A stretch of DNA of 61,553 nt, the filler included, from Squatina squatina (Eukaryota): assembly GCA_031763465.1 (NCBI GenBank). It is 4 parts of 4 records of this genome, joined end to end, with 100 filler letters (N's around TTAATTAATTAA, not from the genome) between each part and the next. Parts side by side here need not be neighbours in the genome. Positions count along the whole stretch, not along the records: positions 49,398 to 61,553 come from JARFOE010000192.1; 3 more parts are not named here. One strand, written 5' to 3'. A program made the position numbers and the translations under genes. Every line of letters begins with the position of its first letter. The first letter of the stretch is position 1. Below the pieces are notes generated by a model that did not search any database, was not told where the DNA came from, and saw nothing but the letters and a program-made list of their open reading frames with translations. Below are positions 50,276 through 61,553 of the stretch, in pieces.

Positions 50276-51220
50276 ATGGAAATTGGAGTAGGAAATGCAG
50301 AATAAAAATGCATTCATAAGAAGATATTCTGTATTTTTAAAAAAATTGTCAGAATTCGACAAAACTGGTGCAGTTGATATATAGATAATTACTTTTATCG
50401 TTACATTGTGGGGTAACTATATAAAATATACATCTCTTCCTGATGGAAGGCAGCAAGTAATTTAGATGCTAAAGCGTGGCCACAGTCCAACCAGGGTACA
50501 AACCAGTATTACTGGTTATTCATAGATTTGCTAATAGTCATAAGCTTGATCATGTGTGACTTGTTTTACGAGCTTTGATATAATGTAGAGAATAAAGATT
50601 AGCCTCTACCTGCTTTGATCGTTGGTTTTACCGATTTGTGATCAAGAGTAACTTTCATTATCTCTCAAAATTAGAGAAAACGCTCGCTAGGAAAGGTAAA
50701 TTAATTATGCGAGTCAGTAGCTTCATTATAAAATTTGTTCCCAATTCAATAGTTTGGTATCAGCCTTGTGGACCATGAAGGTTTAAATAATGACAAAAAA
50801 AAATTATATTTTTTCTTCTGGTTATTCTGCTATACATTCAGATGATCTATTTTAGGAGATTTCTTTTCCCACTAGCTCATCTGATATTTGTCAACATGTA
50901 GTTAGTACAGGTATTTCTGGGATTGGACTACTCCGAACGCTTTTCAGGCTAATCTGAAGTTGCAGTCCCCATTGAAATGAATTCCAGGCCATGTGAGGCT
51001 TCTCTTTGTTGATGGAGTGCCCATTCTGGTGATGTTATCAACGCAATCTATTCAAGTTGGGAACATTCTTTTTAAGCTGCTTTAAGCCTGTTGGGTTTAG
51101 TGAAAGGATGCTTGTTAAGGTTTACTTATTCCTAACACCAGATCAAACAAAGCTTTATTTGCAAATGAATGTGAATGTTTAGAATATTCATCTTTATCAT
51201 TTTTTTCTTTTTGCAAACAG

Positions 51221-53848
51221 ACTGACAATGAAAAGACTGATATTGCACTGCAGTTATATAGCAAAGACCAACTAATTGAACAGCTTGAGAAAACAGTTAA
51301 AGAACGTGAAAATTCTACATCATTGTTGAATGATAAAATGCTTGCCTTTGATAAATTAGTTCAAGATTTAAATGAACAGATATTGCAAAAGAATCAAGAG
51401 ACTGAAAACCTGAGAACAGAACTCACTAGCTCAAAGCAAAGGGAGAGACAGTCATCAGACGAAATAAAACAGCTAATGGGTACTGTAGAAGCACTTCAGA
51501 AACGTTGTCACATGGGCAATTTGTCTGAATTGGAAACCATACAAAGGATTGAAATAGAAAATCATCGGAAAATGGAGCAACTTCAAGCGGAATTGGATGA
51601 AATGTATGGAAAACAGATAGTACAAATGAAACAAGAATTGCAGCAGCAGCATACTTTAGAGATTAGAAGACTTATTGAGCAGCATAAGACTGAAATGGAA
51701 AAGGCTTTGGGTCATTCTGTCAATAACTTAGTCAATGAGGAACAAATTAATTTGTTAAATGTGGCAATCAATGAACTGAATGCCAAATTAAGAGATTCAC
51801 ATTTTCAGAGAGATCAANNNNNNCAAGAAATGACACAACAGCTGGAAAAAGCTTCTGAAAAAAAGATACAGCTGCAGAACCAAGTCCAAGATCTCTTACA
51901 AGAGCTCAGCTTCACTAAAGGTCAAATTCAGAGAGCCTCAGAAAGTATTACTGATCAGAAGTACAAAATGCATGAGATAGAAGAACTGAAAGACATGGTT
52001 GAACAGTTGAAGGCCCAACTATTGGCTACTTCAGAGTCTAATAAGGAGCTGGAGTCTAAGCATGAAGCGGAAGTTACCAATTATAAAATTAAGCTTGATA
52101 TGCTGGAGAGGGAAAAAGATGAAGTTTTAGATAGGATGGCTGAATCTCAGGAAGCTGAATTAGAAAGAGTAAGGACTCAACTTCTTTTCAGCCATGAAGA
52201 AGAGCTAAGTAAGCTGAAAGAAGATCTAGAAAGGGAACATAAACTAAATGTCTGTAATCTTCAAGAACATATGACCTTGAAACAGAGTCAGCAATTGGAA
52301 AGGTTACAAACAGAATTTGGTAAAAAAATGGAAGAGATGAAATGTGAAAGGGATAATATGGTCATTAAAAATAACCAACTGTTATCTGAGATGTCCATGT
52401 TAAAAGAGGAACTGCAGTTGTCTCTTAAGAACGCTAAAGTGGAAGAGATGTATTTGCAAAAACGTGAACTTGAAATAGAAATTGAAGCACTAAGAGAAGT
52501 TGAGAAAGAAAAGAATGCACTGGAAAATGAAATCCTAGAGCTACAAGCCAGGAATAAAGTTTTGGAGAAACAGTTTGAGGAACAGGAAGCTTTGGAAATA
52601 AAAATCATTGGATTTCAGGAAGAAAATGAAGATCTGAAAGAAACCAAAAAACAATTGGAAGAAAAGCTGAAAATTCATATTGTGTCTGAAGGGAATAAGT
52701 TGGCATCAGTTAGTGAAAATGAGCTTTCAGAAATGAGGGCGCAAATAGAAATGCTTACTGTAGTTAATGGACAGCTTGAAACCCATGAGAGAGAACTCAA
52801 AGAAGAGGTTGAGAGACAAAGGAACACCTTTTCTTTTGCTGAGAAAAACTTTGAAGTTAACTTTCAAGAATTACGGGATGAATATGATTGTCTGCTGAAA
52901 ATGAAGTCACACATAGAAGAAAAGATGATTAAGCAAGAAATTGATTATGAAGCCAAGTTGAAGACCTTAAGTGAACAGCTCCAACTTTCAGAGTTGAGAA
53001 AAGATGCTGAAAAGTGCACCGTGATAAACAAAGTGCAGCTGGACAAAACACTTGACAAGTCCAATGGCCAACCTGAAATTATAGGAAGCAGAGAGGTGAT
53101 TGAAAAAGATGCAACTGAACTCATGGAAAAACTTGAGATAGCTCAACAAGACAAGAGTGAGCTATCTNNNNNNNNNNNNNNNNNNNNNNNNNNNNNNNNN
53201 NNNNNNNNNNNNNNNNNNNNNNNNNNNNNNNNNNNNNNNNNNNNNNNNNNNNNNNNNNNNNNNNNNNNNNNNNNNNNNNNNNNNNNNNNNNNNNNNNNNN
53301 NNNNNNNNNNNNNNNNNNNNNNNNNNNNNNNNNNNNNNNNNNNNNNNNNNNNNNNNNNNNNCAAAGCAAAGAATGAAAATCAGTCTAAAGAACCAGCTTT
53401 TACTGTTTCCTGTGAATTAAAGGAACACGAACAGCAGAAAGAAAACCTAATGGAACAAATAATTTCACTACAGAATTCATTGAAGATTATTGTTTCAGAA
53501 AGAGATGAGATGCAACAAAATCAGATTAACCTTATTCAAGAAAAAGAATCTCTATTAACCCAAATTCAGCACTTGAGAGAGAAACCAGTATCTGAATCCT
53601 TAGTCAGTCTACAGACTGAAAGGGACCATCTCTGGCACCAGCTGGAGTCTGTTCGAGCTGAACAGCTATGCTTGGCTGAACTTGTACAGCAGAAAACCTT
53701 GCAGGAAGAAACCTTTCGCAAAAAAAGAGAGGAAATGGAAAATACTTTAATTATAGCTCAGCAGGAGAAGTTGGAACTGGAGAAGAAGATTGGAGCACAA
53801 ACTGGAGTTTCTATTTGTGAACTATATACTGGATTGGAGGAAAATCAG
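51221..53848 (+). CDS. AKAP9: A-kinase anchor protein 9 (AKAP450/CG-NAP), large coiled-coil exon
   Basis: Acceptor ttttctttttgcaaacag| and donor cag|gtatgc, with one frame across two N runs. Motifs ERQSSDEIKQLMGTVE, ELDEMYGKQIVQMKQEL, KHEAEVTNYKIKLDMLE, LDRMAESQEAELERVRTQLLFSHEEELSKLKEDLE and QRNTFSFAEKNFEVN match recalled human AKAP9. Confidence 0.95.
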
Positions 53849-54149
53849 GTATGCGAGCAATATGGTAGAGAAATCCAAACACTTTCAATATAACACAAAA
53901 AATCTATTAATTTTAGAATATAATAAATATGTCACTGGCTCTGGTAGATAATTAGGATCATAGCATATGAGTGTTCTTTATCTTCTCAAAATCTAAAGTA
54001 ATTGGGTCCTTAAATATAGTTTCTACTGTTAGTTACAAAAGTTAAAAAATGCACATGACCATGCAGTAACACATTTACACAATTATATTTCTAATAAGTG
54101 AAACACAACTTTTGTACTGAGTTACATGCGACCTGTGTTACTGCAGGCA

Positions 54150-57100
54150 AAAGATGCAGAGCACAAAGAATGGGATAAACAGATGGAGAGCACACAGAAT
54201 GAGAGAGAGAGATGCAGAGCACACAGAATGGGAGAAACTGATACAGAGCACACAGAATGGGAGAAACTGATACAGAGCACACAGAATGGGAGAAACTGAT
54301 ATAGAGCACACAGAATGGGAGAAACTGATACAGAGCACACAGAACGGGAGAAATTGACACAGAGCACACAGAATGGGAGAGAGATACAGAGCACACAGAA
54401 TGAGGGAGAGATACAGACTACACAGAATGGGATAAACTGATACAGAGCACACAGAATGAGGGAGAAAGGCAGAACACACAGAATGAGAGAAACTGAGACC
54501 GGGCACACAGAATGGGAGAAACTGAGTCAGAGCACACAGAATGGGGGAAACTGACACAGAGCACACNNNNNNNNNNNNNNNNNNNNNNNNNNNNNNNNNN
54601 NNNNNNNNNNNNNNNNNNNNNNNNNNNNNNNNNNNNNNNNNNNNNNNNNNNNNNNNNNNNNNNNNNAGAATGAGAGAAACTGACACAGAGCACACAGAAC
54701 GAGAGAAACTGACACAAAGGACAAAGAATGGGAAAAACTGACACAGAGCACACAGAATGGGAGAAACTGACACAAAGGACAAAGAATGGGAAAAACTGAC
54801 ACAGAGCACAAAGAACAGGAGAAACTGACACAGAGCACACAGAATGGGAGAAACTGACACAGAGCACACAGAATGGGAGAAACTGATACAGAGCACACTG
54901 AATGAGAGACAGATACAGAGCACACAGAATCAGAGAGAGATACAGAGCACACTGAATGAGAGAGAGATACAGAGCACACAGAATGGGAGAAACTGACACA
55001 GAGCACACAGAATGAGAGAAACTGACACAGAGCACACAGAACGAGAGAAACTGACACAAAGGACAAAGAATGGGAAAAACTGACAGAGCACACAGAATGG
55101 GAGAAACTGACACAAAGGACAAAGAATGGAAAAAACTGACACAGAGCACACAGAACGGGAGAAACTGACACAGAGCACACAGAATGGGAGAAACTGATGC
55201 GGAGCACACAGGATGGGAGAAACTGATACAGAGCACAAAGAATGGAAGAGAGATACAGAGCACACAGAATGGGATAAAATGATACAGAGCACACAGAATG
55301 AGAGAGATACAGAGCACAGAGAATGCGACAGAGATACAGAGCACACAGAATGGGAGAGAGATACCAAGCACACACAATGGGAGAGAGATACAGAGCACAC
55401 AGAATGAGAGAGAGATACAGATCACACAGAATGGGAGACAGATACAGAGCACACAGAACGGGAGAGAGAAACAGAGCACACAGAATGGGAGAGAGATACA
55501 GAGCACACAGAATGAGAGAAACTGAGAGAGCACACAGAATGAGAGAAAGTGACACAGAGCACACAGAATGAGAGAAAGACACAGAGCACATAAAATGAGA
55601 GAAACTGACACAACGCACACAGAATGGGAGAAACTGACACAACGCACACAGAATGGGAGAAACTGACACAACGCACTCAGAATGGGAGAAATTGACACAG
55701 AGCACACAGAACGGGAGAAACTGACACAGAGTGTACAGAATGAGAGAAACTGACACAGAGCACACAGAAAGGGGAGAAACTGACACAGAGCACACAGAAT
55801 GGGAGAAACTGACTCAGAGCACACAGAATGAGAGAAACTGACACAGAGCACACAGAATGAGAGAAACTGACACAGAGCACACAGGATGGGAGAAACTGAG
55901 ACAGAGCACACAGAATGAGAGAAACTGACACAGAGCACACAGAATGAGAGAAACTGACACTGAGCACACGGGCTGAGAGGAACTGACACAGAACAGACAG
56001 AATGGGAGAAACTGACACAGAGCACACAGAATGGGAGAAACTGACACAGAGCACACAGAATGAGAAACTGACACAGAGCACACAGAATGGGAGAAACTGA
56101 CACAGAGCACACAGAATGAGAAACTGACACAGACTACACAGAATGAGAGAAACTGACACAGAGCACACAGAATGAGAGAAACTGACACAGAGCACACAGA
56201 ATGGCAGAAACTGACACAGAGCACACAGAACAGGAGAAACTGAGACAGAGCACACCGAATGGGAGAAACTGACACAGAGCACACAGAACAAGAGAAACTG
56301 AGACAGAGCGCGCAGAATGAGAGAAACTGGCACAGAGCACAGAGAATGGGAGAAACTGACACAGAGCACACAAAATGAGAGAAACTGACACAGAATAGAC
56401 AGAATGGGAGAAACTGACACATCACACCGAATGAGAAACTGACACAGAGCACACAGAATGAGAGAAACTGACACAGAGCACACAGAATGAGAGAAGGTGA
56501 CATAAAGGACACAGAATGGGAGAAGCTGACACATCACACAGAATGAGAGAAACTGGGACAGAGCACACAGAACAAGAGAAACTGAGACAGAGCACACAGA
56601 ATGGGAGAGAGATACAGAGCACACAGAATCAGAGAGCGATACAGAGTACACTGAATGGGAGAGAGATACAGAGCACACAGAATGGGATAAACTGATGCAG
56701 AGCACACAGAATGGGATAAACAGATGCAGAGCACACAGAATGAGAGAGAGAGATGCAGAGCACACAGAATCAGAGATAGATACAGAGCACACAGAATGGG
56801 AGAAACTGACACAGAGCACACAGAATGGGAGAAACTGACACAGAGCACACAGAATGAGAGAAAGTGACACAGAGCACACAGAATGAGAGAAAGTGACACA
56901 GAGCACACAGAATTGGAGAAACTGACACAGAGCACACAGGATGTGAGAAACTGACACAGAGCACACAGAATGTGAGAAACTGACACAGAGCACACAGAAT
57001 GTGAGAAAATGACAGAGTACACAGAATGTGAGAAAATGACACAGAGCACACAGAATGGGAGAAACTGACACAGAGCACACAGAATATGAGAAACTGACAC

Positions 57101-57380
57101 AGAGCACACAGAATGTGAGAAACTGACACAGAGCACACAGAATGGGAGAAACTGACACAGAGCACACAGAATGAGAGAAACTGACACAAAGCACACAGAA
57201 TGGGAGAAACTGACACACGCACCCAGAATGAGAGAAGCTGACACATCACACAGAATGGGAGAAACTGACACAGAGCACACAGAATGGGAGAAACGGATGT
57301 AGAGCACACAAAATGCGACAGTGAAACTGACTGCTCACAAAATGATTCAATGAAACTCACACAGAACACACAGAATGAGA
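54150..57380. repeat. Intronic minisatellite, 29-bp unit ACAGAATGGGAGAAACTGACACAGAGCAC with 27-bp variants
   Basis: Roughly 100 head-to-tail degenerate units visible directly, with no unique spacers and one internal gap (54567-54666). Confidence 0.97.
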
Positions 57381-58600
57381 CTGATAAAGAAACACAGAAC
57401 ACAGTCGTGTACAAGGTATGCAAAAATATTTAACTGCAAGTTCTAACGTCGAAGAGAATGATCGAATAATCAAACATGTGTTATGGGAATCCTGCATCTA
57501 CAATTGTGCAGCGTATCATTGTAAATCCTACAACTTCCAGCTTTGTATAAACATGTTGACCCCTTTGTACATGCAAATAAATCAAAATAACTTCGATTTG
57601 TTAAGCTGGTGTTCATTAAATACTTTCTTCAGCCACGTATTCCTAGTTCACAACCTCTCTGAACAGTTCCGGTCTCAGTTTCCTGGTTGACATCATCACA
57701 AACATGGCATGAAAGAACTCCCAGAATGGAAGCATCGATTATCAGAGTTAACTGCATCGCAATGTTTATGTTGAAAGTTTGAACCAGACTTTTCTTGATA
57801 AGTGCTCAAAATCTTGGGCTCCCAATGTAATCAGTCAAATTTTAGCCTTTAGGAAAACCTTTCGCTGAACCCAAACTGTTGCTTCATCAGGTGTGTACTG
57901 TGACGACAACAGTTTGCAATAGAGTAAGGTTAATTACCTCATGTGGAAAAAATAGTAAAATGTTAAAATATTCCAATATAGTATGTAATTTATCAGGATC
58001 ATTTATACCTTCTTAAAATTAGATCTTATTTGTCTCTGGGGAGCAAGTCGTTTCCTTTCACGGCTTTTATTTTTTGACCTGGAGCAAAGTATAGAGGACT
58101 AGAGGAGACCTATCATTTTTATGCTGAGTGGGAGTAGCTATGGTACATTATTAACAGGGAAGAACATGAAAGGACATCACTTTTATTTAGAAGTCTGAAC
58201 TCAATTAGAGTCCCTTGGGTGGATATCAAACCAAAAATATTTTTACAAGCTTGTTAATTTAAAACCACCAGGATTGCTTCAGAAAACTTCTCGTCTACTC
58301 AGTACCCCAGGGTTTTCTGTGCATGTGGTTGGGGAGGGGCTGGGGGAGGTAAATTCTTAAAACAGGTTCCTCCCAAAAACTGATTAAGTATTAAGATTAC
58401 TGATTTAATGGAGACAAGTCAAGGGATGCTTCAGAACTATAGGCAAAAATTCCCCATTCCAGTTCCTAAGTCTGTCTGACATGTATGTTTGCTTTGTAGT
58501 NNNNNNNNNNNNNNNNNNNNNNNNNNNNNNNNNNNNNNNNNNNNNNNNNNNNNNNNNNNNNNNNNNNNNNNNNNNNNNNNNNNNNNNNNNNNNNNNNNNN

Positions 58601-58727
58601 ACCTGGGGCTACACTCCCCCCCTGGCCCCCCCCCCGGGGCTACACTCCCCCGACCTGGGGCTACACTCCCCCGCCTCTCGCTACACTCCCCCGACCTGGG
58701 GCTACACTCCCCAACCTGGGGCTACAG
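58601..58727. repeat. GC-rich ~21-bp tandem repeat (gacctggggctacactccccc)
   Basis: About six copies of (gggg)ctacactcccc starting at a gap edge. Confidence 0.85.
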
Positions 58728-60057
58728 TTAACTCCAGCGGTTGACTGCACTGCTGTCGGGGAAACAAGATCTTGTCATCACCCCATCCCAAGAGCAGAGC
58801 AAATTAATACCCTGGACGCAGGAGTCTGGCCATTATGACCCATCGTTCTCTTCACCGTGGCCAATCCCCATTGGGATAAGTGATTGAATTTGAATGGAAA
58901 TGAGCTTTTGTCCCTGTCTGATGCAGTCTCTCCTTCTCTCCTCAGACTCTGAGCATGGCATACATGGCTGGAATGCTTACCACGTAAGACTTTATTATAA
59001 AGCACAACTTCTCGCACACGGACCGCCTTGCCCCAGTTACCCACCGCACCAATCAGACCACCGCAGTGGGAAGCGAGCTAAGCACACGAGGGAGAAAGGA
59101 ATAGAAGGATATGCTGATGGAGGGAGATGAAAATGGATGGGAGGAGCATAAACATCGGCACGGAGCAGTTTCTGTGCAGTAGACTCAATGCAATTCTATC
59201 ATTTTGGTCCACAACATAGAAAAATGCTTCACCCTAGGTTTCTCTCCTACCCCTCAGTCACATTTCCCTGCTTGATGTCGGTGCCGTTCATTCTTGAATT
59301 TGCTCACACTGTCAACCGCAGTTTCCCATCAAATCAGATTGGGTGAAATGTGTGTTCAAAGATCAGGATTGGAGCTGATAGTTGGGTGTGTCGGGGCACG
59401 GCCTGGTGCGGCACTGGGCTGTGCAGACCACAACTCGCCGGCTTGATGCTGATTCTGTTCTCGGCCAACAACCGACAGCACCCCCTCCCCCCCAGCAGCA
59501 CATATTTCGAGCAAGCTCAGTAGCTGGTGATCAGAAGTAGCTTCCCCATGTTTCACCAGAATATTACTGGATTTAAAAGGGTTAAATTCCGAGGACAGGT
59601 TGTACAGACTGGGCGTGTATGCCCTCGAGTTTAGAAGATCTGATTGACGTGTTTGAAATGTTATAATTAATTGAAGATTGTAGAAATTGATATGTTAAAT
59701 GGACAAATTCTGTGAAATTTATGTACATTATGAAGGATTGTTCAAATTACAAAAATTATTCCATAGTGTCTACAATGAATGCATGAGTTGCCTGGCGTCT
59801 GCAACACTAGTCTCCTTGTCAATCATAGTATCTTCTACTTCTGATCTGAGTCTTGACTTGTGTTTGCAAGTGGCAATTCCTAAAGAAGGAGAATTTTATG
59901 TCGTCATGCTTTGGGTCAAGAACTTGATCAGAGTGATGATGGCTCCCTTTTTAGTTGGACCATTCTGCCCCTTTGGATTAAGAAGTGGAAAGAGTTAGTG
60001 GTTTGTGTGAGAAAAGAGGATGGAAAATAAATAAAACTGATCTTTGTTTATTGACAG

Positions 60058-60271
60058 GCTGAGTTAAAGCTTCAGATGGAGGCTCAGCGCATTAGCCTTA
60101 CTCAGATTTATGCTGCTCAGCTGGAGCTTGTCCGTGACAGTTTGAAAAATGAAAAAGAGACCGCTCTTGAAAGACTCCAGGAGAAGCTCACAGCCACTCA
60201 TACTTTGAAAATAAAGCAGCTTCAAGCACTGTCCCAGCAGGAAGTACAGAAGTTGAAAGCACCTCAGAAAG
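60058..60271 (+). CDS. AKAP9: AKAP9, following 214-nt exon
   Basis: ttgacag| acceptor and g|gtaata donor. Translates AELKLQMEAQRISLTQIYAAQLELVRDSLKNEKETALERLQEKL...QKG versus recalled human NDLRLQMEAQRICLSLVYSTHVDQVREYMENEKDKAL. Phase 0, compatible with the large exon. Confidence 0.92.
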
Positions 60272-61553
60272 GTAATAGAAATGAAAGACCTCAATAGTGA
60301 CAATATAGATTGAACCTGTTTAGTACAAAACCAATGCAATTTCCTCCCTTTTGTTTTTAATAGTCCTGTTCTTTGGAAGCAAGTTTTGGTTGCTTTAAAC
60401 ATTACTCGCAAGGCACTGTAGCATGAAAACTGTCCCGCACGTCTCCCATGGCTATACAAACTGATGCCCATCCCTCTATTCTAAGGAAAGAGAAAACGTA
60501 GCTTTCTGAGAATTAACTTAAAACCACCAAAGCCTTTATTGCTTTAAGGAGTAACTAGGAGAGTGCAAGTAATTTCATGTTGACCAAATTGCAGCCTCAG
60601 CAAGACTGATATTTTAATTTTAAGAAAAATTTGGTTTCCTGTTTTTATACCAAGTATTTTCTATTGGGTTAATTTATATGAAAATGCTGCTACCAATTTA
60701 AATTCAGTGTACAGGGGACTAACTCCTGTGACACACAAGCATCTGAGAATTTTGATTTGGCTTATTTTCTGGCCCAGACAAAGTATCTCGCAGAATTGTG
60801 TTTTTTCACATACCATATCGGTTTGAGACAATGCGGTTTATTAGTAGGCTTTAGTGGCATCCTCACGGACCATGTGGCTGGTCTCATTCATCTGAGTCCA
60901 CCAGGTGGGGGCATAGCTGGCCAGACAGGAAGTTTCTTCACTCAGGTTAGTCGTTTTGATGGGCAGCGCAATAAACCAATCCTCGGCGCAGAGAGCTGAG
61001 AACGGTGTCGGGGTCAGGTCTTTGGCCACCTCTCTAACTGAAGCAAAGAGGGTTAAAAGTAGGTTTCACGAGGAAATAGCCAGAGTGGAAGAGGATGCTC
61101 TTTCTAAGGTTAATCCTGGTTAAATTCAGGCATTGCTCGTCTGTAACATTAATTTCGCAATTAATAGGGGTCGAGTAACATTCATTGTTATTTTTCAAGG
61201 AGCAATATGAAATAGATATAAATTCACTGAACGTTATATTCTGTCCACAACTCCACATGTCTCTTGTGTAAAACAAACCAGTTTCCAGCTAGTCTCATCT
61301 CACCAGAGTGTTTATCAGCGCATCATTCCAGAAGATAGGAAGAAATGCACATGAGGCAATGTGAGATTGCAAGTATTTAGTTACAGCATGTGGCCTGGAT
61401 CCCAAAAATCAAAGCTTTTTGGGGAAAATGAATCCAGATCGGGCGCCTTGCTCAATAGGAGGACTGTTTGGGTTGGGGAGGGGCTGGGGCAGCTTCCACT
61501 GGTGGAGCACTGCCGAGCTCTCCGTGGGTACGGGCAAGTGGATGCCACCGATA

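Noticed and set aside
51323-53893. Single-exon 856-aa gene
   Set aside because: The frame extends upstream to a splice acceptor at 51220 and has a donor at 53849. It is an internal AKAP9 exon.
54150-57380. CRISPR array
   Set aside because: Units are head-to-tail with no unique spacers, there are no cas genes, and the array lies in a vertebrate intron.
54091-57423. Long Cys-rich minus-strand ORFs (570, 513, 422 aa and others) as protein genes
   Set aside because: They are a by-product of the stop-free repeat unit, overlap in all three frames and lie antisense within an AKAP9 intron.

Overview
This is eukaryotic (vertebrate) genomic DNA. The CR1 LINE, Deu-type SINE and MITE content suggests a cartilaginous fish (inference). 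The assembly is heavily gapped, and three artificial linkers (N44-TTAATTAATTAA-N44 at 19733-19832, 36613-36712 and 49298-49397) split it into four pieces. (1) 1-19732: the last four exons of an SLCO3A/OATP3A-type transporter, then ST8SIA4 on the same strand (promoter, exons 1 and 2, last exon; the middle exons are not visible and the last exon has a 1-bp frameshift). (2) 19833-36612: the first two coding exons of FBXL4 on the minus strand plus upstream non-coding DNA. (3) 36713-49297: mostly non-coding, with one orphan candidate exon and enhancer/promoter-like stretches. (4) 49398-61553: two AKAP9 exons separated by an intron containing a ~3.2-kb 29/27-bp minisatellite, which explains the long Cys-rich minus-strand ORFs. 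I see no prokaryotic system, CRISPR array, rRNA or true tRNA gene. The most interesting signals are an SLCO3A-type gene next to ST8SIA4 rather than ST8SIA2 (possible retained ohnolog) and hairpin-rich non-autonomous transposon families, including a complete MITE with TIRs and a 3-bp TSD. Gene identities come from recalled human protein sequences, not database searches.
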